From Candidatus Melainabacteria bacterium 17Bon1m (GTDB taxonomy: Bacteria; Cyanobacteriota; Vampirovibrionia; Obscuribacterales; Obscuribacteraceae), in NCBI GenBank assembly GCA_032128875.1, contig JAVLKG010000003.1, positions 1,016,974-1,080,973 of the forward strand: 64,000 nucleotides of DNA, read 5' to 3'. Under the pieces are notes generated by a model. It saw only the letters and a program-made list of their open reading frames with translations. It was not told where the DNA came from and did not search any database. Shown piece by piece: positions 37,103 to 47,265 of this stretch (the first letter of the stretch is position 1; every line of letters starts with the position of its first letter). The position numbers and the translations under genes were made by a program.

Positions 37103-38268
37103 GCGCCAAAGCCATCCAGGCAATCGAGATTTCCAAGCGCTTCGGTACGACCCAGGCTGTGCGCACGCTTAATCTTGATGTGGAAGAGAGCGAATTCTTC
37201 AGCCTCTTGGGACCATCGGGCTGCGGTAAAACCACCCTTCTTCGAATGATTGCCGGTTTTGAAACCCCAACAGAAGGCAAACTTTTGGTCGGCGGAAAAG
37301 ATGTTTTGGGTGTTCCTCCGCATAAACGCCCAGTCAATATGGTCTTTCAAAGCTACGCTTTGTTTCCGCATCTGACAGTCTTTGAGAATGTGGCGTTTGG
37401 ACTAAAATCTGGACTTAAGCTAAAGAATGATGAAATCGCTTCGCGCGTTGGTGAGGCACTAAATCTGGTGCGCCTAGCTCACTTGTCTCAGCGGTACCCG
37501 TCTCAACTTTCTGGCGGACAGCAACAGCGTGTCGCCTTGGCGCGTGCAATCGTAAATCGCCCCATGGTACTGCTTCTGGACGAACCGCTGTCGGCCCTTG
37601 ACCCTCAAATAAGAGAAGAAATGCAAAGCGAATTGGCCCGCTTGCAGCGCGAATTGAATATGACATTCGTCATGGTTACACACGACCAAGATGAAGCGTT
37701 GGCACTCTCCAGCCGAATAGCGGTCTTCTACAACGGCAATCTCGAGCAGGTCGGAACTCCGAAAGAAGTATACGAACGCCCGGAAACGCCATTCGTGGCT
37801 CGTTTCATTGGAAATACGAATTTGCTCCAAGGGACGCTAGTTTCATCCGACGGTAATTTGGCGAAGGTCAAACTCAACGATGGACGCGAAGTAGTCGTTG
37901 AAGGCGACACCGCAAATGGTGCCAAAGCAGGCGACAGAGTTTTGCTTTCAATAAAGCCTCAAGCGGTTAAGTTGGTTTCTGAATCTCAGACAGGTCTGCC
38001 ATCGACGATTTTGAATCGCAGTTATCTCGGTGCTTCGACTGAATATGTCGTTAAATCAAATCTTGGAACAGACCTTAGATCTGCAGCCGCAACCGATCAT
38101 GCTCTCGAATTCGGCATCGGACAATCCGTTCATGTAGAAGTCGACTGGAAAAACTGTACTTTGCTGAAAGATGCAACGCCAAACAGCTCTGAAGTTTCAG
38201 AAACAGAGAGCGATGCGAAAACCGCCAGGGAAGCAGCGCAGACCGGTACCGAAAGAATGGGAGATTAG
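37099..38268 (+). CDS. potA: Polyamine ABC transporter ATP-binding protein
   Basis: GPSGCGKTT, PPHKRPVNMVFQSYALFPH, LSGGQQQRVALARA, TOBE-like C-terminus. Confidence 0.9.
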   Translation: MSAKAIQAIEISKRFGTTQAVRTLNLDVEESEFFSLLGPSGCGKTTLLRMIAGFETPTEGKLLVGGKDVLGVPPHKRPVNMVFQSYALFPHLTVFENVAFGLKSGLKLKNDEIASRVGEALNLVRLAHLSQRYPSQLSGGQQQRVALARAIVNRPMVLLLDEPLSALDPQIREEMQSELARLQRELNMTFVMVTHDQDEALALSSRIAVFYNGNLEQVGTPKEVYERPETPFVARFIGNTNLLQGTLVSSDGNLAKVKLNDGREVVVEGDTANGAKAGDRVLLSIKPQAVKLVSESQTGLPSTILNRSYLGASTEYVVKSNLGTDLRSAAATDHALEFGIGQSVHVEVDWKNCTLLKDATPNSSEVSETESDAKTAREAAQTGTERMGD

Positions 38269-38273
38269 TTTCG

Positions 38274-39386
38274 GTGCTTTCTCGTCGCACATTTTTGCAA
38301 GGCATGACCGGCGCATTGCTGGCTCCGGGGCTGGCAGGATGCGCGCTGGGTCGAAAGCAAAAGGACAGCGGCAACTCGGTAAACATATACAGCTGGGCAG
38401 ATTACCTTCACCCTGACACGATTCCTGATTTCGAGAAAAGGACTGGTGTCCAGGTCGTCTATGACACGTTTGCTTCAAATGAGGCTCTTTTAGCTAAGCT
38501 CCAGGCTGGCGCTTCCGACTACGACATCGTGGTTCCGACCGGCTACATGTTGAGAAATCTAGTCAAATTGGGACTGCTGCAAGAGCTCGATCATTCCAAA
38601 ATTCCGAATTTGAAAAACATCATGGATCGTTTTCAAAACCCTGGTCACGACCACGGTTTGAAATACTCGGTTCCTTACACCTGGGGAACAACTGGTATCG
38701 GATATAACACCGTAGCAGTGCGACGAGCCATGACTATCAAGGATGCAGATTTGCAGATGCCTCAAATGGCAATGGATAAAACTCCTGCTGATTGGGATGT
38801 CTTCTGGGACGCACGTATGGCTGGCAGAATCACGCTTTTAGATGATTCAAGAGAAACAATCGGAGCGGCTCTAAAACGCCGTGGACATTCTTACAACACT
38901 ACAGACGAAGCATTGATTCGCAAAGCGACCGAAGATTTGAAACTCCAAAAGCCGCTCACGATGTGTTATTCATCTGATCAGGTCATTACTCAGCTCGTCA
39001 GCGGAGATTGTTGGTTGGCCCTCGTTTATAGCGGTGATGCGTATCAGGCTAGACGGGAGAATCCGGATATCGGTTATGCAATTCCGGTCGGTGGATGTTC
39101 GATTTGGATGGATAGCTTGTGCATTCCTAAGTCGGCCCCGCATCCAGAGAGAGCATACGAGTGGATAAATTACATCCTGGAACCGCCAGTCGGTGCGGCG
39201 ATTGCAAACTATACGCGTTACGCAACACCTAATAAGCTAGCGCTGCCCTTAGTCAATGAAGAGCTGCGCAAGGATAAAGTTCTATATCCTAATGAAAATG
39301 TCTTGGCTCGCTGTGAGGAGATCGGAGACGTGGGCAAGGCGGTCTTCACATACGATCGAATGTGGACGGAGCTGAAGTGTTCCTGA
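38274..39386 (+). CDS. potD: Polyamine ABC transporter substrate-binding lipoprotein
   Basis: Tat-like SRRTFL plus LAGC lipobox; YSWADY, SNE, PYTWGTTGI. Confidence 0.9.
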   Translation: MLSRRTFLQGMTGALLAPGLAGCALGRKQKDSGNSVNIYSWADYLHPDTIPDFEKRTGVQVVYDTFASNEALLAKLQAGASDYDIVVPTGYMLRNLVKLGLLQELDHSKIPNLKNIMDRFQNPGHDHGLKYSVPYTWGTTGIGYNTVAVRRAMTIKDADLQMPQMAMDKTPADWDVFWDARMAGRITLLDDSRETIGAALKRRGHSYNTTDEALIRKATEDLKLQKPLTMCYSSDQVITQLVSGDCWLALVYSGDAYQARRENPDIGYAIPVGGCSIWMDSLCIPKSAPHPERAYEWINYILEPPVGAAIANYTRYATPNKLALPLVNEELRKDKVLYPNENVLARCEEIGDVGKAVFTYDRMWTELKCS

Positions 39387-39387
39387 A

Positions 39388-39531
39388 GTAGGGGAGCCAC
39401 ATGTGGCTCCCTGACAGGGAGGCGCATGCGCCTCCCCTACTTATTGTTGTGATGCGCCTCCCCTACTGTTGTTGGGATGCGCCTCCTCTTGGATAGAAAA
39501 AAGCAGCAAGGGCGATGCATGTGCACCGCCC
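39388..39531. repeat. GTAG-type REP-like palindrome cluster
   Basis: Perfect 20-bp palindromes GGGAGCCACATGTGGCTCCC and GGGAGGCGCATGCGCCTCCC flanked by GTAG/CTAC, plus partial copies. Confidence 0.75.
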
Positions 39532-39559
39532 CAGCAAATACTTTAAGTAGTCTGGCTTA

Positions 39560-39757
39560 TTACGAGCCTTTTCCTACCATCTTCTTGGCACCATTGCCCA
39601 TAGCCTTGAGGCCTTTGCCTACGGCTTTGAAGGGCCATACGATAGCATTGCCAACTTTCTTGCCGGCTTCTTTGATTTTGCTATCTTCTGCTTGCGCAGC
39701 GGTGGCGGTAAAACTGCAAATGGCGATCATGAGACCGACTGCCAAACTCTTCTTCAT
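39560..39757 (-). CDS. Small exported Lys-rich peptide
   Basis: Signal peptide ending AQA; AAGGAG SD. Confidence 0.75.
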   Translation of the reverse strand: MKKSLAVGLMIAICSFTATAAQAEDSKIKEAGKKVGNAIVWPFKAVGKGLKAMGNGAKKMVGKGS

Positions 39758-39926
39758 GGGATACTCCTTAACTGTTCCTGCGCGTATGGAACGTGACTTG
39801 TCACGTTGCCCTTTATAGCACAGTTCAGGGCGCCCGTGCCCTGTGCAATGTTCAGATAATAGCTGATACGTGTGGATGTTCAGAGATTTTGCACCCGGAT
39901 AACATTGTCGTTATATACGCCGGGAA

Positions 39927-41036
39927 TCAAGTCCTGTCATGCGCTGCAGGGCTGTAAGAATCTAGAATCCGCTTTGCTTCATCTTCTAATTCCTTCGCTT
40001 TGTCGCTCAATCCTTTTTCCTTAAGCAACTCCGCATATGCAGTCAGGGTCTGTGCAAGCAGCGGCGGATATGAGGCGTGGCGTCTTATTGACAGGGAAAG
40101 CTTGTAAAGATTCTCAGCTTCTTCCAATCTTCTTTCCCTGTGCAAAAGTTTTGCCAGAGAGTGTGCCGTTGTCGCTACCGTCGGATGCTGGTCGCCAAGC
40201 ACGCTCTGACGTAGTGCCAGAGCCTTTTTATAGATGTGCTCTGCTTCACCGAGCATACCCTGGGCCGCATATAAGTCTGCTAGCAAATGCAGGCTCTGCG
40301 ATACAAATGGGTGATACGGCCACAGTTCCCACGTTTCGCTGAGTAGTGCATAGCGGAATAAGACCTGCGCATCTTCTAATCGTCCCTGGCGAAAGTGCTG
40401 TCTTGAAAGGAAAAACAGGCTATGGCCAATGTCCTGAAAGCTTTCCAGATATTCGAGCCTGGCAGCTCCTTTCATTTGCCTTTCGCATTCTGAAAAGCAG
40501 CGATTGGCCTCATCTTCTTTCCCTAGCTGTTTGTAAATGAGTGACAATCCCATAAGGCAGAAGGATGCGTATTCATGGTCTGCGCCAAGCGTTTTTCTGT
40601 AAATTTCGAGCGAGTCTTTGACGAGAATTTCTGCGTCGGGCAGTCTTCCCCATGCGAAGTACAAACCGGCAAGGAAGTTTTTCTGAGTGGCCAGATCAAG
40701 TATGCCTGCTGGTAGAAATTTTTCCGTAAGAAGTATGGTGCGAATATAGACCTGCTCTGCTTCTTTGAACTTTTCTTGTATTCGATAAAGCACCGCAAGA
40801 TTGTGCAGTCTTGGCACCAGAAGTGGTGACTTTGCACCCTCTTTCTTTTCGGTTATTGAAATCGCTCGGGAATAACACTCTTCCGCTTCGGAATGTTTTC
40901 CTGTGCTGTGATAAGCATATGCCAGCTGATCGAGCAGTGGCACGAGCTGCCCATCGTCGGGTCCCAGGCGGCTTTCCGCGTCCTGCAAAACCTTCTTGCA
41001 TTCTTCTTCGTTGGGCGTTTTATTCAGCGCTGGCAT
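39927..41036 (-). CDS. Tetratricopeptide-repeat protein
   Basis: Multiple kinesin-light-chain-type TPRs (LHNLAVLY..Q.KF.EAE). Confidence 0.9.
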   Translation of the reverse strand: MPALNKTPNEEECKKVLQDAESRLGPDDGQLVPLLDQLAYAYHSTGKHSEAEECYSRAISITEKKEGAKSPLLVPRLHNLAVLYRIQEKFKEAEQVYIRTILLTEKFLPAGILDLATQKNFLAGLYFAWGRLPDAEILVKDSLEIYRKTLGADHEYASFCLMGLSLIYKQLGKEDEANRCFSECERQMKGAARLEYLESFQDIGHSLFFLSRQHFRQGRLEDAQVLFRYALLSETWELWPYHPFVSQSLHLLADLYAAQGMLGEAEHIYKKALALRQSVLGDQHPTVATTAHSLAKLLHRERRLEEAENLYKLSLSIRRHASYPPLLAQTLTAYAELLKEKGLSDKAKELEDEAKRILDSYSPAAHDRT

Positions 41037-41089
41037 TGATGTCTAACTGTGATGCCACCATATTTGAGGGCACGACGGAAAGTAGGTAG

Positions 41090-41782
41090 TTATGTGTGAG
41101 CTACGACAAATCTGGTTCCGGAATCTAGTGTTTTAAACTCGTCGATCTTCCAGCCGCTCAGTATTTCTTTCAGCTCTTCATCAGGGAAATAGCGCAGCAT
41201 CATGCCTTTTCTCGATTTGTCCGTATAGACTTGTGTGCCGTCTTCGAGTTTAAAATACTCACCCGGTCCGGTTCCGACTTTGTCAAAACAACCGATGAAA
41301 GTTCCACCGCTCACAACGATCGATTTCAGTTTTGTCATTGCCACAAGTGCAAGCGAAAGTGGCAAGTGTTCGATAATTGAATTGGCAACCACTGCATCGA
41401 ATGTATTTTCTTCGTAGGGCAAATCACCAAGGTCACCTACATCGAATTTAATTTTCAAATCTTCCATAGTCGCCCATTGGTTGCCTAGGTCCAGCGCATG
41501 ATCAGCTACATCAATGCCGGTTACCTGAAAACCTTCTCTTGCCAATAACACCGAAAGCCACCCGCTCCCGCAGCCCAAGTCCAGAACTTTATGGGTGTTC
41601 TTCGCCCGCAGCGTGCTAGGAATCCAGGGCAGGTATTCGAGATCTGGCATCTTAGTGTAGGGCTTGGTACACATATTCCAAGCCTGATGCCAGAAGTCCA
41701 GATTCTCCTTGTAGACCTGCGACGAGCGCAATTCGCTCGCCTTTTGAGGCGCCTGCTCTATTGTGGCTTTGTCTACTTTCAT
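41090..41782 (-). CDS. Class I SAM-dependent methyltransferase
   Basis: VLDLGCGSG, VTGID, LPY..NTFDAV; start reassigned to MKVDK. Confidence 0.9.
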   Translation of the reverse strand: MKVDKATIEQAPQKASELRSSQVYKENLDFWHQAWNMCTKPYTKMPDLEYLPWIPSTLRAKNTHKVLDLGCGSGWLSVLLAREGFQVTGIDVADHALDLGNQWATMEDLKIKFDVGDLGDLPYEENTFDAVVANSIIEHLPLSLALVAMTKLKSIVVSGGTFIGCFDKVGTGPGEYFKLEDGTQVYTDKSRKGMMLRYFPDEELKEILSGWKIDEFKTLDSGTRFVVAHT

Positions 41783-42046
41783 ACTGGCTCTGCGTTTTGT
41801 GATGTGCGAAGTCAAGCTGGTTATTGCGCTCGTATAGAGCCTGCTCACATGCCGATAAAGCGAGGCTCGTCTCGACATGCCGATAACCGGCGTCGAGATC
41901 CTAGCATGTAACCGTGAAAGGCAAAGCGTTTCGGGCTCGAATGCTAAATTCCAGCAAGATTAATTGGATCCTGAATTGGGTATTAGTAATATGGCGGGTG
42001 TGTAGGATCTCTTCCTACGACATCTATTGGCAAATGGTGGGCGACG

Positions 42047-45000
42047 ATGACGGAGCCTGGCGGTTCACAACTGCAGATGATGTTGGTTCAGCAAGCTGGG
42101 CCTGGCGCTTTGCCGCTTAGCATCCTTTCGCCTGCCGAATTTTTGCCTTTTATTCGCGATGTCGAGCAGCTGGCGGTTTCTGAGAAGCTCGCCCCTGTCT
42201 TGGTTTATTGGTCTCGCCGTTCCGCAGCCTGGCTCTTACCCACCGGTCCCCGGTTCAAGGAGCTCATGCGTGACGCTTTCTGCGTCTCAATCTTTTCTGA
42301 AGATCGTCAAGACACGCCCGATGAATGGTGTTTCCTTATAGAGAGCCGCGGATTGTGTCTCATCTTGTACGCCCAGCAGGCTCTGGAATCGCCACAGGGC
42401 GAGAAATATCAATGTTCTGGCTCCATGAATGCTCAAATTGTTCGCCAGGCATTTAACCGCTTGTTGCCTGCTTGGCAGACTATCGAGCTGGGCGAGAGCA
42501 ACCGCCTGGAAGATGCGCGCATTAATCTTGGTCCTTGCGGCAGTGCCAATCATTTTGTCGACAATATCCGCAATCTCTGGCCGGTTGTGAAATCGCCGAT
42601 TCAGCAAAATTTGATTTTGAAGCCTCAGGAAGTTGCACAACAACCACCAATAATTGTTGATCATGGAAAAGTCAGCCCTATCGCGCTAGAAGCAAGCGCC
42701 TTCCCGGGCGGCGCCGTGGTTGCGCCTCCTAGACCATTACCCGCCCAGCAACCAGGCAACACACCCATTGCTCCGCAGTCACCATTTGCGGTGCCCGGGG
42801 CTGCAACCGGCGGTGACGGTGGTGGTGGGCACGATCCTATCAAAGCGCAGCAGGTGCGCACGCAGCCATTGCCCAAGCCTTCTGCATTCGAGCTTCCGAA
42901 GCCGAAGCAATTGAAGGATCAAGAATATCTCAACACCGCCGAGTCCGAATTTGAAACTACCGGTGATTTGACCGAGAAGCTCAGCGCGGCCATTGGACCG
43001 GATGGGCAGCCTTTGCCTCCTCGTCCTTCGGCTCTGCGTGGACTGCGGCAAACTCTTGCGGATGAAAACCAGGCGCCGCAAGAGGACGTTATTATCCCGG
43101 TTCCGGCGCAAGCGATTATCAGCGATATCATCGGTCAACTTCGTCATTCTAGCGATTTGACTTCTATTCTCCAGTACGCGATTGAAACACTTACTCAGGT
43201 GGTGCAAGCTGAAAGAGGCTTGATCTGGCAGGTCGTCGGCGATCAGCTCGCCGTAACTAATGAGTTCGCCACCAGCGGTCACACTTGCTTTGTGGGCAAC
43301 CAACTCGGGTCGCAAGAATCAACTGCAATCGTTCTGGAGTTTCTCTCGAGATTTCCTGATGAGTCGGGTGCAGGCGTTATCAGCATTCCCGACACATCTC
43401 ATGATACGAATTTGCACAAGATGTCTCCCACCCTTTCGTCTCTCATCGAATTAGGAGAAGTGCGCGGCAGATTGATGGTTCAGTTGCGTTCGCGCGGCAT
43501 ATTCTCAGGCTTTTTGGAACTGCAACAGTGCGGCGGCCCCCGCGAGTGGAGCAGGCATGATGCGGTTATTTTGCAAAGCGTCGCCGAAATGCTTTCGGTT
43601 GTAGTTCAACAATCTTTTGACCAAAGCAAAATCGAGATGGACGCGCGCGAAATGAAACTCATCAACGAGATCGCGAGCTTGTTCCGCGATTCTCGTGGTC
43701 AGTCGACCGAAGAGTCTCTCGTCAAGTCAGTTATGCTCGTGGCAGAGCACATGGGCTTCACCCATTCTCAGATCTATTTGTACGATGCTGAGGAAAACGT
43801 TCTTAAAGCGCAAATTAAAGGCGGCGGTCACTCGCTTGTCGACATGAACAACAAAGACAATCCATTTGTCGCTGTATTCGAGTCGGGCAGAGGAAAGATC
43901 GTCAACGCTGAGTTCACCCGAAAGGGCGACAAATTCTTTGGTCACGATATGGCGCTCGTACTTCCTCTCATCTCCGAGGGGGAGCGACTGGGTGTGATCG
44001 GGTTGTGGCAACGACTTCCAAACAAACCGCAATTCAGACCTCAGGATAGAGAACTCGGTTTGACTATTGCTGGTCACTTGTCCAACGTTATCCGGGCAGA
44101 GCAAGCGATCACGATGATTCGTGCAGAGCAGGCTCGGGCTGCTCTTATCAATAAAGTTTCGAGCGAAATTCGTCAGTCACTCAAAGAAGTCGACCAGATT
44201 ATGGAGACTTTGGTCGAGTGCGTGCACGAGTATTTTGGACTTTCGCTTTGCGTAGTATCACTTTTCGATTCACAGCAGCAGGATTTCACTAAGTCCAAAA
44301 CAGCAGGATTGGAGCCGCCTCCGGCTAAGGTAATTCAAACTCCCGACGAAATCGGCGAGCCGAAAATCGAAGAAGAAGAGCCTGCCGCTCCTAACTTCGG
44401 TGAGCAATTGCTGCTCACTATGCTTGAAGATTTGAAGCTCGAACAGCGCATTTTCCTGAGTGCAGATCAGATTAGAGAAAAACTCGCAGGCAAGACGGTT
44501 GAAATCCCTGATGACCTGAAGTCGGCAACTCTCTTTCCGTTGGTTCATGCCGGTAATTTCAAAGCCGGTTTGTGTCTGGTTTCGGCCGATCGAGAAACAC
44601 CGTTTCCGGAAAAAGACATGCACATGGTCACCGACCTTGCCGATAGAGTCGCAGTTGTGGTTTCACACGCAGAGCTCTTTGCGCAGGTAGAACGCCAGGC
44701 TGTCACTGACCCGATGACCGGTTTGTTCAACCGTCGTTATTTCACCGAACAGCTCACCAAAGAAATCGACCGTTATCAGCGATTCGGTCACCCCTTCTCG
44801 TACATCATCGTTGACTTGGATTACTTGAAAAAGATCAACGACTCACTGGGTCACCACTTTGGTGACGCCGCCATCAAGCATATTGCCAATGTGATGAAAC
44901 GCAGCGTCCGTGACGTTGATACAGTCGGCAGGTTTGGCGGTGAGGAATTCGTTGTGCTCTTGCCAGAAACTGCTCATGAGAATGCGCGAATGGTTGCTAA

Positions 45001-45907
45001 CCGTATTTGCGCTGCTATCAGAGCAAAACCAGTTGAAGGCATTGGTGTTATCACAGCTTCGTTGGGTCTTGCCACCTTCCCCCAAGATGCGCAGGATAAA
45101 GACAAACTGCAAGAACTCGCCGACCAGGCCTTGTATTTGGCAAAACACCGTGGCAGAAACCAAGTCTGCTCCGTAATCGAAGATTTGATCCCGAGCCAGG
45201 TTGCTCCACTGGAAGAAGCTGCGGCACCGGTGGCGGTGCCTGCGGGTGCGGAAGCTGCTGCTGCCGCTGCTGCGAACGCTGCCGCGCCTAAGTCTGCCTC
45301 AGGGGTGGAAACAGCAGGAACAGTCGATCTGGCGCTGGCAAATGAGAAAGGCATTCTTGGTCTTATCACTCAAATAGTTAAAAGCATCGACGAGAAAGAT
45401 GCTTATGGCAACGAGCGCTCTCCGCGTGCTTACTCTTACGCCAACAGCATCGCTCAAGCTTTGCGCTTGTCAAAAGAGCATGCTGAGTTGGTTTCTCTTT
45501 CCGCTGCGTTTAGCAATATCGGCAAGTTATCGATGCCGGAAGAATTACTTCGCAAAAATGGTCCTCTCAGCGAGGAAGAATTGGTGCAGATTCGCAAAGC
45601 ACCAAGTCTGGGAGCGAAATTCCTCGAGCCAGCGAAGATGCTCTATAAGCTGAGTTCTGTGATTGAAGCCTTGCACGAACACTGGGACGGCAGTGGCTAT
45701 CCGAAAGGACTGAAGAACGAAGAGATTCCGCTTGAGTCCAGAATTATTGCTCTGGTTGATTCGTATGTAGCGATGACCAGCGACAGACCATATCGAAAGA
45801 GTCTTTCTAAGCAAGAAGCAATCAAGCAAATTCAAGATGATGCGGGCAAGAAGTTTGACCCGCGGCTGGTTCGCTTTTTGCTTACTGTGCTGCAGAAGGA
45901 AGGTTAA
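42047..45907 (+). CDS. Diguanylate cyclase: DICT-like + GAF domains + GGDEF + degenerate HD-GYP
   Basis: DEWCFLIES (DICT-like), GAF repeats, TDPMTGLFNRR, RDVD...GGEEF, WDGSGYP. Confidence 0.9.
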   Translation: MTEPGGSQLQMMLVQQAGPGALPLSILSPAEFLPFIRDVEQLAVSEKLAPVLVYWSRRSAAWLLPTGPRFKELMRDAFCVSIFSEDRQDTPDEWCFLIESRGLCLILYAQQALESPQGEKYQCSGSMNAQIVRQAFNRLLPAWQTIELGESNRLEDARINLGPCGSANHFVDNIRNLWPVVKSPIQQNLILKPQEVAQQPPIIVDHGKVSPIALEASAFPGGAVVAPPRPLPAQQPGNTPIAPQSPFAVPGAATGGDGGGGHDPIKAQQVRTQPLPKPSAFELPKPKQLKDQEYLNTAESEFETTGDLTEKLSAAIGPDGQPLPPRPSALRGLRQTLADENQAPQEDVIIPVPAQAIISDIIGQLRHSSDLTSILQYAIETLTQVVQAERGLIWQVVGDQLAVTNEFATSGHTCFVGNQLGSQESTAIVLEFLSRFPDESGAGVISIPDTSHDTNLHKMSPTLSSLIELGEVRGRLMVQLRSRGIFSGFLELQQCGGPREWSRHDAVILQSVAEMLSVVVQQSFDQSKIEMDAREMKLINEIASLFRDSRGQSTEESLVKSVMLVAEHMGFTHSQIYLYDAEENVLKAQIKGGGHSLVDMNNKDNPFVAVFESGRGKIVNAEFTRKGDKFFGHDMALVLPLISEGERLGVIGLWQRLPNKPQFRPQDRELGLTIAGHLSNVIRAEQAITMIRAEQARAALINKVSSEIRQSLKEVDQIMETLVECVHEYFGLSLCVVSLFDSQQQDFTKSKTAGLEPPPAKVIQTPDEIGEPKIEEEEPAAPNFGEQLLLTMLEDLKLEQRIFLSADQIREKLAGKTVEIPDDLKSATLFPLVHAGNFKAGLCLVSADRETPFPEKDMHMVTDLADRVAVVVSHAELFAQVERQAVTDPMTGLFNRRYFTEQLTKEIDRYQRFGHPFSYIIVDLDYLKKINDSLGHHFGDAAIKHIANVMKRSVRDVDTVGRFGGEEFVVLLPETAHENARMVANRICAAIRAKPVEGIGVITASLGLATFPQDAQDKDKLQELADQALYLAKHRGRNQVCSVIEDLIPSQVAPLEEAAAPVAVPAGAEAAAAAAANAAAPKSASGVETAGTVDLALANEKGILGLITQIVKSIDEKDAYGNERSPRAYSYANSIAQALRLSKEHAELVSLSAAFSNIGKLSMPEELLRKNGPLSEEELVQIRKAPSLGAKFLEPAKMLYKLSSVIEALHEHWDGSGYPKGLKNEEIPLESRIIALVDSYVAMTSDRPYRKSLSKQEAIKQIQDDAGKKFDPRLVRFLLTVLQKEG

Positions 45908-46074
45908 TAACGCGCTGGTATCGCATGCTGCTGATGAGAATGGGTGGGAAGCAAGCGTAAAGATCATTGCCATGCACACAACAGATTTCGGCACCTGTGG
46001 CTATTTCCAGCTTTGGCTTAATGCAACATAATTGCGTTCAAAATTAAGAGTGCCGTTTCATGGGCTTTTCCGTC

Positions 46075-46120
46075 CTTCCATCTACTCCGAAAACTCGCTA
46101 TTTTTCGGAGTGAATGGAAG
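46075..46120. terminator. Long inverted repeat between convergent genes
   Basis: CTTCCAT..ACTCCGAAAA / TTTTCGGAGT..ATGGAAG. Confidence 0.5.
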
Positions 46121-46398
46121 AATTGAACTTGAGACTAGGCATTCTAGTCAGCCGCCTTAATCTTTTCGTTAGGATCTTGACCCCCTCTTGGATACTGGCC
46201 TATAATGTTTTCAGATCGACTGGAGACCGACAGCTTATCTTGACGCGGGCCACTAAAACATGACCCGGTAAAACTTTCATGCAAAGAAGGCTGCGGAGCA
46301 AAAGTTGAAACAGGAAAACCTCGTGTCACGAGAACATTAGGAGCAAACCCCTCTGAGCCCGGTGGGTGAACCGGCAGAGGGGTTTGTAGCATCTGGAT

Positions 46399-46791
46399 TT
46401 ATTCGGCAGTATCTTTGTCTGTCGTCTTATCTCGTCTTAGAAGATCTTTTGTGAATGATTCAATCCACTGAATCTCACTATGATCTGATCTCCACGTGGC
46501 CGACAAGATTTCGTGATTTCCATCCGTTTTTTTCTTGCCCAACGCTTCGAAAACAATTGTTTGAATGCGCTCTTTTGAGTCTCGCTGCACTCTAATATTT
46601 GGAAAGCCGGAACTATCAGACCACCTTCCATTGTCTGCCTCGAGTTGGCGAACCACTTTTTCAAAGAGGTCTGGTTGATTGCGCTCAAGGAGATGCAAAA
46701 TCTTTTGCAGTTCGAGTTCTTCGCACTTGCCGTCAAAGAACTCAAGCGCTTTTCGACGTATTTCGAGAGATCTAATTTCGGCGTCGTTCAT
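46399..46791 (-). CDS. Hypothetical protein
   Basis: 130 aa ORF with protein-like composition. Confidence 0.6.
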   Translation of the reverse strand: MNDAEIRSLEIRRKALEFFDGKCEELELQKILHLLERNQPDLFEKVVRQLEADNGRWSDSSGFPNIRVQRDSKERIQTIVFEALGKKKTDGNHEILSATWRSDHSEIQWIESFTKDLLRRDKTTDKDTAE

Positions 46792-46952
46792 TAACCACGT
46801 CCAGCGTCAAAACAATATTCTATAACAGCTTTGGCTTCCGTCATTTGCGAATTAATCACCAAACAGCAATTGTGCTGCGTTTTTCTTCTGGTATCGAATA
46901 TGGTGGCGGGCGGGCTTCGGCGCGCTGCAGGGAACGGTTTGATTTGCGTCGT

Positions 46953-47234
46953 TTAGAGCTTCGTCTCAGGCGTCGTTTCTAGCTTAGTTTTAGCCTGCGT
47001 TTCAGTCTTTGTTTGTAGCTGCTTTGCTTCTTTCAAAGCTCTGTAGCTCAGACAAGAAACAGCTTTGGGGCGCTCGATTTTTAGGCAGTCAGTAGGGTTG
47101 TTGAATCGGCAATCATCGCAGAGATAGCGGCCTTTTCCTTTTCGATTCCATGCGGAGTACAGAGTGAGAGCAGACGCAGCAGCGGCAACTAATCCTGCCG
47201 GCAGCCAAAAGCTCAATTCCCCTTCCACGTCCAA
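46953..47234 (-). CDS. Small membrane-anchored Cys-motif protein
   Basis: TM helix, CDDC..C..C; GAGG SD. Confidence 0.6.
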   Translation of the reverse strand: MDVEGELSFWLPAGLVAAAASALTLYSAWNRKGKGRYLCDDCRFNNPTDCLKIERPKAVSCLSYRALKEAKQLQTKTETQAKTKLETTPETKL

Positions 47235-47265
47235 ACCTCACCGATAAGTCGGCAATAGCATACCA

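Noticed and set aside
46144-46392. 82-aa ORF
   Set aside because: No motif or convincing composition; cannot support it as a gene
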